DNA of 64,000 nt from Octopus sinensis (lineage: Eukaryota): contig NC_043025.1 of the NCBI RefSeq assembly GCF_006345805.1, forward strand, positions 310,001 to 374,000. Direction: 5' to 3'. Position 1 is the first letter of the stretch. Each line of letters opens with the position of its first letter. Under the pieces are notes generated by a model. That model saw only the letters and a list, made by a program, of their open reading frames with translations. It was not told where the DNA came from and did no database searches. Below are positions 36,411 to 58,906 of this stretch, piece after piece. The position numbers and the translations under genes were made by a program.

Positions 36411-36545
36411 AGTTTGTGTGTGGTGTGTGGTGTGTGTGTGTGTGTGTGAGTTTGTGTGTGTGTGTGCTTTAAATTCGCTGTCTGTGTGCGCGCACGTATT
36501 TTTGCAAGAGTGTTTTAAGCTCATAGTTTGTGCGTGTGTGTGTGT

Positions 36546-36588
<43 letters not shown>

Positions 36589-36830
36589 TGTGTGTATACA
36601 TTATTTTTTCATTTTTGTGTGTGTGAGAGTGTGTGAGTATATAACTGTATGCTTTTATTTCTCTGTTAGTGTGAGTGTGTGTGTGTTTGTCCATGTGTGT
36701 GAGTGTGTGACTATATTTCCATTTCTGTGTGTGTGTGTGTGTGTATTTTCATTTCAGTGATTGTGCGTGTGAGAGTATTTTTATTTCTGTGTGTGCGTGT
36801 GTGTGAGGGACTGTGTGATTTATTTCTGTG
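36128..36830. repeat. Compound (GT)n microsatellite (duplicate at 43913-44600)
   Basis: Visible directly. Confidence 0.95.
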
Positions 36831-37339
36831 TGCGTGCGACAATTACAGCTACAACAACACTTTAACCATTTCTAAGATACCCACATTTGCAGATCACTAA
36901 CTACTAAATCAAAAGAAATCACAATTTATTGGATCTTTAGCGACTTAAAATATTGCACATATTTTTCTCATATGGTGACAATGCATTATTTCACAAGTGG
37001 ATAAAACAAATTCTCATACTGGCGTGGAGGGGGCTGATATTCTATCTTCAGGTGCTAAGTTCACAATGACCCCCGTATCTACGTACCTGGATCGGTCGGT
37101 CATAATTGGTTTCATTTGGAGAACTCTCGGGTATGGAATATTTATGACTATAGAAGTTGGCTTGTTACAGGCTTCGTTTATGGCCTCACTTTTGTGGATT
37201 TTCGGAAGTCCACAGACGTTACTGTGGACTTCGAAAGATTTAGTCGGCCCAAGACGATAGAAGAAAACACTTGTCTAAGGCGTCACGTAGTGGGACTGCA
37301 CCCGGAACCGTGTGGCTGGTGGGCATGCTACTCCCCCCG

Positions 37340-37384
<45 letters not shown>

Positions 37385-37617
37385 ATAGGTGTAGAGGTGG
37401 CTGTGTGATAAGTAGCTTGCAAACGAACCGCAGTGTTCTGGGTTCAGTCCCACTGCGTGGCGTGTTGGGTATGTGTCTTCTACTATAGCCTTGTCCCGAC
37501 CAAATGCTTGTGAGTGGATTTGATAGACGGAATACACCCCCCACACACACATATATCTCTCTCTATATATATGTGTGTGTGTGTGTGTATATAAGTATAT
37601 ATATATATATATACATA

Positions 37618-38751
37618 CCCCTGTGTTCCAGGGGTTCCTCGGGAAAATGGATCACCTACCCCGGTGAACGACCAGGTAGTGAAGGATAGGAGAGCCAAGA
37701 GAGCAGAAACCGGAAGCCCCCCTGTACCAATGGTCCTACAAAGAAATGAAAAATTAGAAAAACAGAAGAAAAAAGGAAGGACCGAAAACAAAAATAAGGA
37801 GGGAAAAGGAGGAAAAGGCAAAACAACCAAAGCTGAAACCCCAACCCACCACACAAACAGCAGAGAACCCCCTGGAGGATCCAATGCCCCCCCCCCTGTA
37901 CACTTCTGGAAAGAAGAAATCTGAAAGGCACCGAAGAACCTGTAAATTCTACCTGCGGGGCAAATGTTGGCATGATGAGGACGGCAAAAACTGCCGGTTC
38001 ACCCACCCGACACCCCGCCAGAACTTCAGGGGACTCAAAGAGAAAAGCTTTACCGAGGGAACACAAAAAATGTCTCCCAGGAAAACTTTCAAAAACGAAG
38101 TGCGCTCCTCAGATGTTCTGCGCAACTCAGCAGCTGAGGAACAGTCTTTTTTGTGCATGGCGCAAATAATTGTCCGGCAGCTAACCTGGCTACACCAAGC
38201 ACAGAGAAGGAACCCTGCCCACCACAGTCAACAGACACGGGATGGCCTCCCCTAACGCCTGCACAGCCGTCACCCCAATACCGTTACTAAATATTGGGGA
38301 CCTGTTGCATCAAAATAGAAACAAAATTTCTTTCGTGAGAGATCTTACTGCCTGCAATCAAACCCTATGCATAGCACTTGTGGAAACTCACCTCAACCCT
38401 GATATAGAGGACACAGAAGTACACATACCAAACTATGCCATACTGCGAACAGGCAGAAGGGAAAGGAGCCATGCTGGAGTTGCTGTATACATCCGAGATG
38501 ACCTCACACCCCAGGTCTTAATGACATACTCAAATTCGGTATGTGACACTTTAATTGTATACATAAGACAACATAATATAGCCATATGCAATACATATGC
38601 CCAAATCATAAGATTGCCTCACAATATGCCATCCAAATCACACCACAAATCGACACAAATCACACAGGCAAGTTTGAAGATTGCCTCACAATATTAAAGA
38701 AATCCTCATGAATCTGGAACACCACGTGACATATTTCTTATCGGTGATTTC
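37618..38751 (+). mobile_element. CR1-like LINE 5' part: ORF1 remnant with CCCH zinc finger, and APE endonuclease N-half (duplicate at 45406-46505)
   Basis: CKFYLRGKCWHDEDGKNCRFTHP; LLNI..L, IALVETHL, GVAVYIR, YCPP, IGDFN endonuclease motifs. Confidence 0.85.
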
Positions 38752-39377
38752 AACAACTCTTTTATGGAGAGTTAGCTAAAGGAGAACAACCTCCACATAA
38801 ACCAAAAGAGAGGTATAAGGACTTGCTGAAGGCTTCCTTAAGAGATGCTTGCATCTCTCCTGACACATGGGAAGGCATGGTTATTGATCGTAGCTGATGG
38901 AGAAGGATTGTGTACGAGGGGACAGCCACTTTTGAGAAATCTCGAGTGGCACATAAGAAAGTAAGGAGGGATGTCAGGAAGCGCATCGCTGTTACACTTC
39001 CAGATGGGAAGGGTCTTCCTATGATGCTGACATGCAGTGTCTGTGCAAGACCCTGCCTCAGAAAAGCTGGACTCAAGAGTCATCTTCGTAGTCATAAAGC
39101 GAGAAAGATGAGTGACAACCTGGCCACTGGTGGTGGTGTAACACACCATACAAATAATATCTGCCGGGCATGCAAAAGAGAGTGTAATTCGGCAGGAGGA
39201 CTTAAAAAACATGCACAGGTACATGAAGCCCAGTTACAACTACAGCCGGCTATTACCGGTAAAGGTTTTAGTTGCCAATTCTGTACAAGACTGGGCTAAA
39301 AAGTCACATTCGATCACACCGCCAGTAACAGTTAAGCTTCGTGCAATGGCCATACTCGATGATGAGGGGGCAGCCTA

Positions 39378-39380
<3 letters not shown>
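38752..39380 (+). mobile_element. RTE LINE 3' end with C2H2 zinc fingers (duplicate at 46506-47133)
   Basis: QLFYGEL..G..P...RYKDLLK, WE....DRS.WR; CSVCARPCLRKAGLKSHLRSH and CRACKRECNSAGGLKKHAQVH. Confidence 0.85.
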
Positions 39381-39439
<59 letters not shown>

Positions 39440-39731
39440 GTAAATATTAGAGCCAACTTTGAGTATGTTAGCTCTATGTGCTAGACATAGACCCACCGGT
39501 CAAAGTCGCCGACTACATTCCACATAGAAATAGCACCACAGTCAACGTTATGAAATTAAATTACAACTAAATAATGGATTAATGTTGTACATATGTTTCC
39601 TCATCAACAAAAAAAGGATTTAGTCGACTCGGGACGATAGAAGAAAACACTTGTCTAAGCTGCCACGCGGTGGGACTGCACCAGGAACCGTGTGGTTGGT
39701 AAGCAGGCAACCCCCACTGAGATTATTTACT

Positions 39732-47518
<7,787 letters not shown>

Positions 47519-47764
47519 ATAGGCGTAGGAATGGCTGTGTGATAAGTAGCTTCCCTACGAAACGCAGTGTTCTTGGTTCAGTCCCACTGCATGGTATCTT
47601 GGGCTAGTGTCTTCTACTATAGACTCGTGCCACCAAACCTTGTGAGTGGAATTGATAGGCGGAGCATACACACACACACACACACACTCACACAAACATA
47701 TATATATACATATATGTGTGTGGGGGGGCTATGTATATATATATATATAATATATATATATATA

Positions 47765-47948
47765 CACGTTTGTATGTCTGTTTATCCCTCCAACACCGCT
47801 TGACAACCGGTGCTGGTGTGTTCATGTCTCCGTAACTTAGCGTTTCGTCATAAGAGAAAATAGATTAATTACTAGGCCTACAAAAAATAAGTATTGGGTT
47901 CGAATTTCGCGAATAAAGGCGCTGCTGCGGCATGGAATATATTATATA

Positions 47949-48042
<94 letters not shown>

Positions 48043-48626
48043 TAATGTCTGTTTATTTCTCGAACATCGTTGGACAACGGGTGCTGGTGTGTACAATTCC
48101 CCGAACTTAGCGGTTCGGGAAAAGGGACCGATAGTTTAAATACTAGGCCTACAAAGTATAAGTCCTGGGGTCGATTTGCACGAATAAAGGCATTGCTCCA
48201 CCATGGCCGCAGTCAAATGATTGAAAAATTAAGTGTGTAAAATAGAAAATAACCAGAAAAGTTTATATTCTTTTAACTACATCAGTAAGGGAGATAACTG
48301 AAAATCAACTTTTAGAGTTACTTCCCTTCACATATTAATAAAAGACATGACAGTTTAAGATGAAGGCGCGTTTGTTTTTGATGCGAAGGGCACACTTGCA
48401 TTCGCGCAGGAAGAGACAAACATACGCATGCAAATTTTCTGCTGTTCACTTTAACAAATAAACATTATAATTTACATTTAATTACACCCGAAAACTATGT
48501 AAAGTACTCACCATATCTAGTACTACCCTTTGGACATGATCAGGCTTTTATTTTGTTTTAGATAGTATATATGCGTATGTGGGTATATACATGTGTATAT
48601 GTATGAATGCATGTATTTCTGTATAT

Positions 48627-48679
<53 letters not shown>

Positions 48680-48723
48680 TTATATATATATTCATAAATT
48701 TATAATTTTATATATATATATGT

Positions 48724-48759
<36 letters not shown>

Positions 48760-51700
48760 TCAAAAATGGAAGATAAAATTCCTGGAGGACTGGGTCGATG
48801 CCCATCCAAACCACATCCCTTTCTTCGTCCTCACTGAAGCCCATCTTAGTGACCTCCACTTGGAAGCCGAGGTGAAAGTTAAAAATTTCAAAGCCATTCG
48901 TGCTGATCGTGCTGGCAGAAGAAAGGGTGGGACTGCCATTTATGTTCATGATTCATTCTCAACAGAAGCTATGAACATATTTTCCAATGGATACTGCGAA
49001 GCAGTCGCTATATTCAGTCAAACCAACAACTTAACAGTAGTTGGGCTCTACAGACCACCCCAAACGCCCCTACCATGCTTCAAGGAATGCCTCAACAACA
49101 TAAAGTGTTTCATTCAGCAGTGTCAACCTGACAACATTTTAATGATGGGAGACTTCAACCTTCCCTGGGTTGACTGGTCTACAAACAGTCTGCCGCCAGG
49201 TTCTTCTCTCTCAACCCCTGACAGGGAGGCAGTGGAATCGCTTCTTGACTTCATGGATGATTTCTTCCTGTCCCAACTGGTGCTCGAACCAACGAGATGT
49301 CACAAAAACGTCTTAGACTTAATTTTCAGCAATCACACTGATACTATCCACAATATTGCAGTGGAGAAAACCCTACTCTCCGACCATGACATGGTTCTCT
49401 GTGATCTGAGATTTCACCGGCCAAAATGCAAAACAAATGTCATCCCTCCTGTTCATCCATTTGACACTATGGATTTCCACAATGCAAACTGGGAAGCGAT
49501 CAATAATGATCTTGCACAAGTCGATTGGTCCTTCACGCACACATACACCCACTAACATCAAAAAGTCCTGGCAGTCATTTGTAGACACCATTACGAACAT
49601 ATGTGGCAAACCACACCCCATTAAGATCTGCAAACAAATCTAAGTGTCGAATCCCTAGAAATAGAAAATCTCTCATCAGGAAAATTAAAAGAATTAACAA
49701 AAAAAATCAACGAGCTGAAATACTGTCAACAGCAACACACCAACCTGACTGCCATCTCGTCGCTAGAGATTAAAAAACATAAACTCCAAAACAACATTAT
49801 GTCTATCATCAATAGTCAGCGAAGAGCTGAAGAGGCCTGGGCCATTGAGAAGATCAAACTCAATCCCAAAGTATTCTTTTCATTTGCAAAAATACACAGA
49901 GTCACTGGTTCTACTGTTGGCCCTCTGATTGATGAAAATGGTACTCTTCAAGACAATGCCAAAACCATGGGAGAGATATTGCAGAAACAATATTGCTCTG
50001 TTTTCAGCAATCCTGATATGACTGATCTGGGCTGTATCAGTGATGTTACTCCCCAATACACTTTATCGGACATAACCTTTGGTGCTACTGATGTCTTAGC
50101 AGCAATAAAGGAAATGAAGCATAAATCAGCAGTAGGTCCCGATAGGTTCCCTGCTTGTGTCTTGAAGATGTGTCAACACCAACTTGCACCCACTCGAGCC
50201 AATCTGTGGCGGAACTCACTGGATGCTGGATATATACCAGAAGACCTATCCCAGTTTGTATTCCCAGTTTTCAAAAAAGGAAACAAATCGCTTGCCGTGA
50301 ATTACCGTCCAATCTCACTCAGCTCTCATATCATTATGGTATTTGAGAGAGTGCTGAGATCGCGTATGACTCACTTCCTTGAGAGTCATGATATGCTGAA
50401 CTCCAACCAGCATGGATTCCGTAATGGAAGGGATTGCCTGATGCAGCTACTGCATCATTTTGATGACGTTTTGAGAGCCTTGGGAGAGGGTTCCAACACT
50501 GATGTCATCTTCCTTGATTTCAGCAAGGCCTTTGACAGGGTTGATCATAAGATCCTTTTGAGAAAGCTGTCCAATATTGGTGTCACTGGAAAGCTGCTGC
50601 AGTGGATCAAGTGCTTCCTGTCTAACAGAACCCAACATGTTGTAGTCGAAGGAGTCAAATCCAGCCCAGCCAAAGTCAGCAGTGGTGTCCCACAAGGCAC
50701 TGTGTTGGACCCACTTCTCTTCATCATCTACATTAATGATATTACTGACACCATCAAACACAATAACATCAGAACTTTCGCTGATGATTCCAAGCTCCAG
50801 AAGGTCATCAATGGCGTGGATGACCGAATAAGCCTTCAGTCAGACCTACTGGCTGTTCTCCAATGGGCGGAAAAGAATAACATGTTACTAAACGAAGACA
50901 AATTCGAACTGATCCACTTTGGAAGGGAGGACGCTCTAAAACTCCCATATTCCCTTCCTTCTGGAGAAATTCTCATGGCGTCTAACAGCATCAGAGACTT
51001 GGGAGTAACAGTGGACAACAACATAAGCTGGGCTACACATATAAGCAGCAAAGTTGATATGGCCCGCAGAATGTGTTCCTGGATTCTCAGAACCTTCCAG
51101 TCGAGAGATTCCCACACCATTATGCTTCTCTTCTCCACTTTTGCCCGACCCCACCTTGAATACTGCTGTCCACTGTGGTCTCCCTACACAAAACAAAATA
51201 TCATGAGAATTGAAGCTCCCCAAAGGTCAATCACAAAAAAGATAGATGGCATGTCAGACCTTGACTACTGGGGTAAACTAGAGAAGCTGAAACTGTATTC
51301 ACTCCAACGACGCCGTGAACGCTACATTATCTGTATGATGTGGAAAATATTCCATCAGCACTGTCCGAATGATGTTGGCATCACCTTCAAAATGCATCCA
51401 AGGCTTGGACCACGTTCCATCCGTCCACAACAAAAATCTAAATCGCATCACATAACGACAATACGGCACAACTATTTCACCTCAATTGGACCCGCTCTCT
51501 TCAACATTACACCAGGACACGTCAAAACAGAAACTGACCACACAAAATTCAAGAAGTCATTGGACAAATTCCTTCAAACAGACCCGGACAAACCACCCAC
51601 ACCCGGATATGTCTCCGCAAACAATAACTCTCTGCTCGAATGGGCCTCAGTGCCCAAATCCTGAACTGAAAGACTTCGCCAGGTGGTGCTATTAAGTTAG

Positions 51701-51779
51701 ACATGGCCTGGGCCAATACTGGCAAAAGCCTTTCTAAGTTATTCTAAGTTATATAAATATATACATATATACATACATG

Positions 51780-51822
<43 letters not shown>

Positions 51823-51875
51823 TATCTATATATATATATATATATTATTATATATACATGATATATTATATATGT

Positions 51876-51909
<34 letters not shown>

Positions 51910-51917
51910 GTATATTA

Positions 51918-51957
<40 letters not shown>

Positions 51958-53654
51958 TGGTATAACTATGTATATATGTATGTATATATATGTATTGTAT
52001 ATATATATATCTATATATATATATATACATACATACATGTATATATTTATGTATATATGTATGTATGCATATATATATATATATATGTATGCATATATAA
52101 TATTATATATATATATATAGCTATATATATATATAATATATAAATACATGAATATACATTTGTATGTATGAGTATAATCGTATGTTGAGTATGTATGAGA
52201 AGGAGAAATTTTTTTTCAGAAATATTGTTTACTTAATATTTGTGTCTTTGTGAAATAGATGTTGGTTGGATTATGTTTCTTCATTATCTTTGTATTAATG
52301 GCGGTGGAGAAAGGATGGCGTTCCAGTGTCTTGTTTAATTGAACTCATAAATTATGTGTTAATTAAAATTACTTCATCAGTAAATGAAGGATTTAAAATA
52401 TTCTTCCTTCCCCCTATCCCCATCCACTCTAATTCTCCAATATAATATCTTTTATAGGTAATTCCAGCCTGAAGAATTCATATGTTATATAATAATAATA
52501 ATAATATGATTTTAGTCAGTTGTCTGTTTTCTCAAAAATTAAAAATATGTTTGGGAAATTATTGGCAGATACATTCGTTTGCTTCCTGGAAAACTGAAAT
52601 TGAGAATAATTTTTTTAGCCTGAAGAGAAGTGTGGAAGGATGACGGGAGGAAGAGGTGGTGGTCATGGGGAAGACTCTTGTAAAGGATTATTCCTGTTGA
52701 AATTAAGTAATGAGATTATTAACTGAAAATATGTAAACTTGTCTTGTTCAATTATCAATGTCCTTAAGTGTTGCATTATCTACACAAATGCAATCTCTGA
52801 AATAATTTGAAAACAGCTAAATTGAATTGAGAAGATAATTAAATAAAACAGAACACACTTGATAATGCTTGTTCTTTTCTGAAGAATTATATTTGACAGA
52901 AGGAATTACACAATGTTGTTGTTTTTAACAATGCTGTTCAAATATTTGCTTTTAAATTTCTCATTTTATATAAAAAAAATATATAACACTGCTCCTATGA
53001 AAACTGTTTTTTCTTTTCTTTTTATCTTGTTTTAAATTTTTAAATTTAAAAATCAAACAAATGTATTAAGGGGGTAAAACGTAGTGACTTCATGCAAAAT
53101 TTTAATATGAAAAAATTCACAAACTGGAATAAAACAAAAAATTTATCATACTTCAAATAAACTTGCAGACCTAAGTCCATTAAAGGCATCATTATGAAAA
53201 CATATTCAAAATTTTGGTTATTAATAACCAAATAGTAGAAACCGATTGACAAGATGAGACATTTCAAATAGACTTTTTATAATGAACTGCTGTCAAATGT
53301 AAATAAAGGAAATGTTAACACAGGAGATAATGACTGCGAACGATCTGCTAATTAAAGTGCAATTAGCACCATGGGTGATGGTTTAATTAGCAACACTCAC
53401 TGGTAAAGAAAACAGGGATTACCTCCTTGCCTTTCAACTCCATCCAAGCATGTTCCATGCATTAAATACCTGCCAGTTGTTACTTGGGGAATCGACAGGA
53501 TTGTTAGCGGATTGCTTAGAATGTATTGAAGTAGTCATTCTGGCATTCTGTGCCCTGAGTTCAAATCCCATCAACGTCAACTTTGCTTTTCATTCTTTCA
53601 ATACAACATCAGGTACTGAAAGGACACATCATTATAATTTTGCACTCTCATCAA

Positions 53655-53695
<41 letters not shown>

Positions 53696-54390
53696 TTCTA
53701 TCTCTCTCTCTCTTTCTCTCTTTTTCTTTGAAAGATTTCCACTGTGGTTTAACAGAGAGAGGGGTTTAACAGAGAAAGGAATACATCATTATATTTTGCA
53801 CTCTCTCATTCTCTCCCTCTCTCACTTTCTCTCTCTCTCTCTCTCTCCACTCTCTCTCTCTCTCTCTCTTTCTCTCTCTTTCCTTGAAAGATTTCCACTG
53901 TGGTTTAACAGAGAGAGGGGTTAGCTACATCATGTTTAAATACCCAAATATGAGTGTGAGGAAGGCGTCCTTATGATTCTGACAACATATGATGACTGAA
54001 GACAGGGAATGGATATGAATAGACCCCCTCATCAATAGATATACCCAATACTCAATCCTATTGAACAACCACAGTTATCTGTGGTAGTAGTAAGTACATC
54101 AGATAAAAATGCTATCTGATGCGTCTACTGAAAATCTAAGCAGGGTCCTGTCAAACTGTTCCTGTCTATTTATTTGCACAAGCTAATAATGAACCAATGA
54201 GAGATCGTGTATGTGGTGGTTAGGTCTGTTAGAGGTAGCAGCCACATCTGCCTCGTATCTTAAAACAAGGACATGTGACTCACATGGTTATATGGTCATT
54301 GCAAATAGGAAAAGACAGGATGGTCACAGCTAGAATGCTTTTGATCTCAGGCCTGCACAGTCAGGGTTGACCAAGGGCTAAGCAATAAAT
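47765..54390 (+). repeat. Tandem segmental duplication B, copy 1
   Basis: SINE tails, conserved block, LINE, (TA)n and the 2.2-kb sequence 52150-54385 recur at 54405-59412. Confidence 0.93.
48759..51751 (+). mobile_element. Near-complete ORF2 (APE endonuclease plus RT) of a CR1/L2-like LINE, second family
   Basis: ORFs 48860-49555 (GGTAIYV, YRPP, GDFNLP, VLDLIF) and 49799-51664 (621 aa; YRPISL, DFSKAFD, FADD); short frameshifted linker; 3' tail with (ctaagtt) repeats; (TA)n on both sides. Confidence 0.95.
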
Positions 54391-54404
54391 TTGTTCACAA
54401 GGGA

Positions 54405-54583
54405 TGTATGTATGTTTATCCCTCCAACACCGATTGACAACCGGTGCTATTGTGTTCATGTCCCCGTAACTTAGCGTTTCGTCAAAAAGAGAAAGATAGA
54501 TTAAATACTAGGCCCACAAAGAATAAGTCCTGGTTTCGATTTTCTCGAATACAGGCGCAGCTGCGGCATGGAATGTATATATG

Positions 54584-54666
<83 letters not shown>

Positions 54667-54777
54667 ATGTGTGTGTGTGTGTGTGTGTGCCCGATAGTTT
54701 AAATACTAGGCCCACAAAGAATAAGTCCTGGTTTCGATTTTCTCGAATAAATGCGCTGCTGCCGCATTGAATATTAT

Positions 54778-54853
<76 letters not shown>

Positions 54854-55385
54854 TGTGTGTGTGTGTGTGTGGCCGATAGTTTAAATACTAGGCCTACAAA
54901 GTATAAGTCCTGGTGTCGATTTAAACGAATAAAGGCATTGCTCCACCATCGCCGCAGTCAAATGATTGAAAAATTAAGTGTATAAAACAGAAAATAACCA
55001 GAAAAGGTTATATTCTCTTAACTACATAATTAAGGGAGATAACTGAAAATCAACTTTTAGAATTACTTCCCTTCAAATATTAATAGAAGACATGACAGTT
55101 TAAGATGTAGGTGCGTTTGTTTTTCGCATGCGAAGGGCACGCTTGCATTCCTGCAAGAAGAGACAAACATACACATGCAAATTTTCTGCTGTTCACTTTA
55201 ACAAATAAACATTGACTAGCTTATAATTTACATTTAATTACACCCGAAAACTATGTAAAGTACTCACCCTATCCAGTACTACCCTTTGGACATGATCGGG
55301 TTTTCTTTTGATTTAGATAGTATATATATGTGTATGTGGGTATATACACGTGTATATGTATGAATGGATGCATTTATGTATATAA

Positions 55386-55416
<31 letters not shown>

Positions 55417-56887
55417 AAACAAATCGCTTGCCGTGAATTACCGTCCAATCTCACTCACCTCTCATATCATTAAGGTATTTGAGAGAGTGCTGAGATCGCG
55501 TATGACTCACTTCCTCGGCAGTCATAATATGCTGAACTCCAACCAGCATGGATTCCGTAATGGAAGAGATTGCCTGACGCAGCTACTGCATCATTTTGAT
55601 GTCATTTTGAGAGCCTTGGGAGAGGGCTCCAACACTGATGTCATCTTCCTTGATTTCAGCAAGGCCTTTGACAGGGTTGATCATAAGATCCTTTTGAGAA
55701 AGCTGTCCAATATTGGTGTCACTGGAAAGCTGCTGCAGTGGATCAAGTGCTTCCTGTCTAACAGAACCCAACATGTTGTAGTCGAAGGAGTCAAATCCAG
55801 CCCAGCCAAAGTCAGCAGTGGTGTCCCACAAGGCACTGTGTTGGACCCACTTCTCTTCATCATCTACATTAATGATATTACTGACACCATCAAACACAAT
55901 AACATCAGAACTTTCGCTGATGATTCCAAGCTCCAGAAGGTCATCAATGGCGTGGATGACCGAATAAGCCTTCAGTCAGACCTACTGGCTGTTCTCCAAT
56001 GGGCGGAAAAGAATAACATGTTACTAAACGAAGACAAATTCGAACTGATCCACTTTGGAAGGGAGGACGCTCTAAAACTCCCATAATCCCTTCCTTCTGG
56101 AGAAATTATCATCGCGTCCAACAACATCAGAGACTTGGGAGTAACAGTGGACAACACACATGCTGGCTACACATATAAGCAGCAAAGTTGATATGGCCGC
56201 CGAATGTGTTCCTGGATTCTCAGAACCTTCCAGTCGAGAGATTCCCACACCGTTATCCTTCTCTTCTCCACTTTTGCCCGACCCCACCTTGAATACTGCT
56301 GTCCACTGTGGTCTCCCTACACAAAACAAAATATTATGAGAATTGAAGCTCCCCAACGGTCAATCACAAAAAAGATAGATGGCATGTCAGACCTTGACTA
56401 CTAGGGTAGACTAGTGAAACTGAAACTGTTTTCACTCCAACGACGCCGTGAACGCTACATTATCTGTATGATGTGGAAAATATTCCATCAGCACTGTCCG
56501 AATGATGTTGGCATTAGCTTCAAAATACATCCAAGGCTTGGACCACGTGCCATCCGTCCACAACAAAAATCTAAATCGCATCTCATAACAACAATACGGC
56601 ACAATCATTTCATCTCAATTGGAACCGCTCTCATCAACATTACACCAGGACACGTCAAAACAGGAACTGACCACACAAAATTCAAGAAGTCTTTGGACAA
56701 ATTCCTTCACACAGTCCCGGACAAACCATCCACACCAAGATATGTCTCCGCAAACAATAACTGTCAGCTCGAATGGGCCTTGGTGCCCAAATCCTGAATT
56801 GAAAGACTTCGCCAGGTGGTGCTATTAAGTTAGACATGGCCTGGGCCAATACTGGCCAAAACCTTTCTAAGTTAATCTAAGTTATAT

Positions 56888-56966
<79 letters not shown>

Positions 56967-57075
56967 ATATATGTATGTATATATGTATGTATGTATGTAT
57001 GTATATATGTGTGTATGTATATATCTATATATATCTATATATATATGCATGCATATAACTATGTATATATGTATG

Positions 57076-57107
<32 letters not shown>

Positions 57108-57277
57108 TATATACACATGTATGTATATATGTATGTATATATGTATTTATGTATATATGTATGTATGTATATATATATATACATGTATATAACTATATAT
57201 ATATATATACATACATACATGTATATATACATACATACATGTATATATTTATGTATATATATATATATGTATGCAAT

Positions 57278-57314
<37 letters not shown>

Positions 57315-58851
57315 CTATATATACATGTATATATATATTTGTCTGTATGAGTATAAGCGTATGTATGAGTATGTATGAAAGGAGAAATTTTTTTTCAAGA
57401 ATATTGTTTACTTTAATATTTGTGTCTTGTGAAATAGATGTTGGTTGGATTATGTTCTTCATTATCTTTGTATAATATGGCGGTGGAGAAGTATGGCGTT
57501 CCAGTGTCTTTTGTTTATTTAACTCATAAATTATGTGTAATTAAAATTACTTCATCAGTAAATGAAGGATTTCAAATATTCTTCCTTCCCCCCATCCGCA
57601 TCCACTCTAATTCTCCAATATAAATATCTTTTATAGGTAACCAGCCTGAAGAATTCAATATTTATATAATAAATAATAATAATAATGATTTTAGTCAGTT
57701 GTCTGTTTGCTCAACAATATCAAAAATATGTTTGGGAAATTATTGGCAGATACATTCGTTTGCTTCCTGCAAAACTGAAAATTGAGAATAATTTTTTAGC
57801 CTGAAGAGAAGGTGTGGAAGGATGAGCGGGAGGAGAGGTGGTGGTCATGGGGAAGACTCTTGTAAAGGATTATTCCTGTTGAAATTAAGTAATGAGATTA
57901 TTAACTGAAAATATGTAAACTTGTCTTGTTCAATTATCAATGTCCCTTAAGTGTTGCATTATCTACACAAGTGCAATCTCTGAAATAATTTGAAAACAGC
58001 TAATTTGAATTGAGAAGAAATAATTAAATTAAAAACAGAATACATTGATAATGCTTGTTCTTTTCTGAAGAATTATATTTGACAGAAGGAATTACACAAT
58101 GTTGTTGTTTTTAACAATGCTGTTCAAATATTTGCTTTTAAATTTCTCATTTCTATATTAAAAAATATATAACACTGCTCCTAATGAAAACTGTTTTTCT
58201 TTTCTTTTTATCTTGTTTTAAATTTTTAAATTTAAAAATCAAACAAAATGTATTAAGGGGGTAAAACGTAGTGACTTCATGCAAAATTTTAATATGAAAC
58301 AAATTCACAAACTGGAATAAAAACAAAAAAAATTATCATACTTCAAATAAACTTGCAGACATAAGTCCATTAAAGGCATCATTTTGAAAACATATTCAAA
58401 ATTTGGTTATTAATAACCAAATAGTAGAAACCGATTGACAAGATGAGACATTTCAAATAGATTTTTTTATAATGAACTGCTGTCAAATGTAAATAAAGGA
58501 AATGTTAACACAGGAGATAATGACTGTGAACGATCTGCTAATTAAAGCGCAATTAGCAACATGAGTGATGGTTTAATTAGCAACACTCACTGGTAAAGAA
58601 AAACAGGGATTACCTCCCCTTGCCTTTCAACTCAATCCAAGCATGTTCCATGCATTAAATACCTGCCAGTTGTTACTTGGGGATTCGACAGGATTGTTAG
58701 CGGATTGCTTAGAATGTATTGAAGCAGTCATTCTGGCATTCTGTGCCCTGAGTTCAAATCCCATCAACGTCAACTTTGCTTTTTCATTCTTTCAATACAA
58801 CATCAGGTACTGAAAGGAATACATCATTATATTTTGCACTCTCTCATTCTC

Positions 58852-58906
<55 letters not shown>

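Larger units (their letters stand above)
32015..39740 (+). repeat. Tandem segmental duplication A, copy 1 (period about 7.77 kb)
   Basis: All LINE, SINE and unique blocks recur in the same order at 39800-47480 with near identity (atgaaaaca at 32038 and 39811). Confidence 0.97.

Noticed and set aside
36997-37385. ORFs 36997-37260 and 37116-37385, and a possible 54-nt exon near 36998-37051
   Set aside because: No domain similarity, weak donor (gtgcta), and the ORFs run into a SINE and (TA)n.
38910-39299. Host C2H2 zinc-finger gene
   Set aside because: The fingers are the C-terminus of an RTE ORF, in frame with RTE motifs, and end at a LINE tail.
52150-53440. Hidden exons in the duplicated AT-rich unique sequence
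   Set aside because: No convincing AG/GT-bounded open frame is conserved between the two copies, which differ by many frame-breaking indels.
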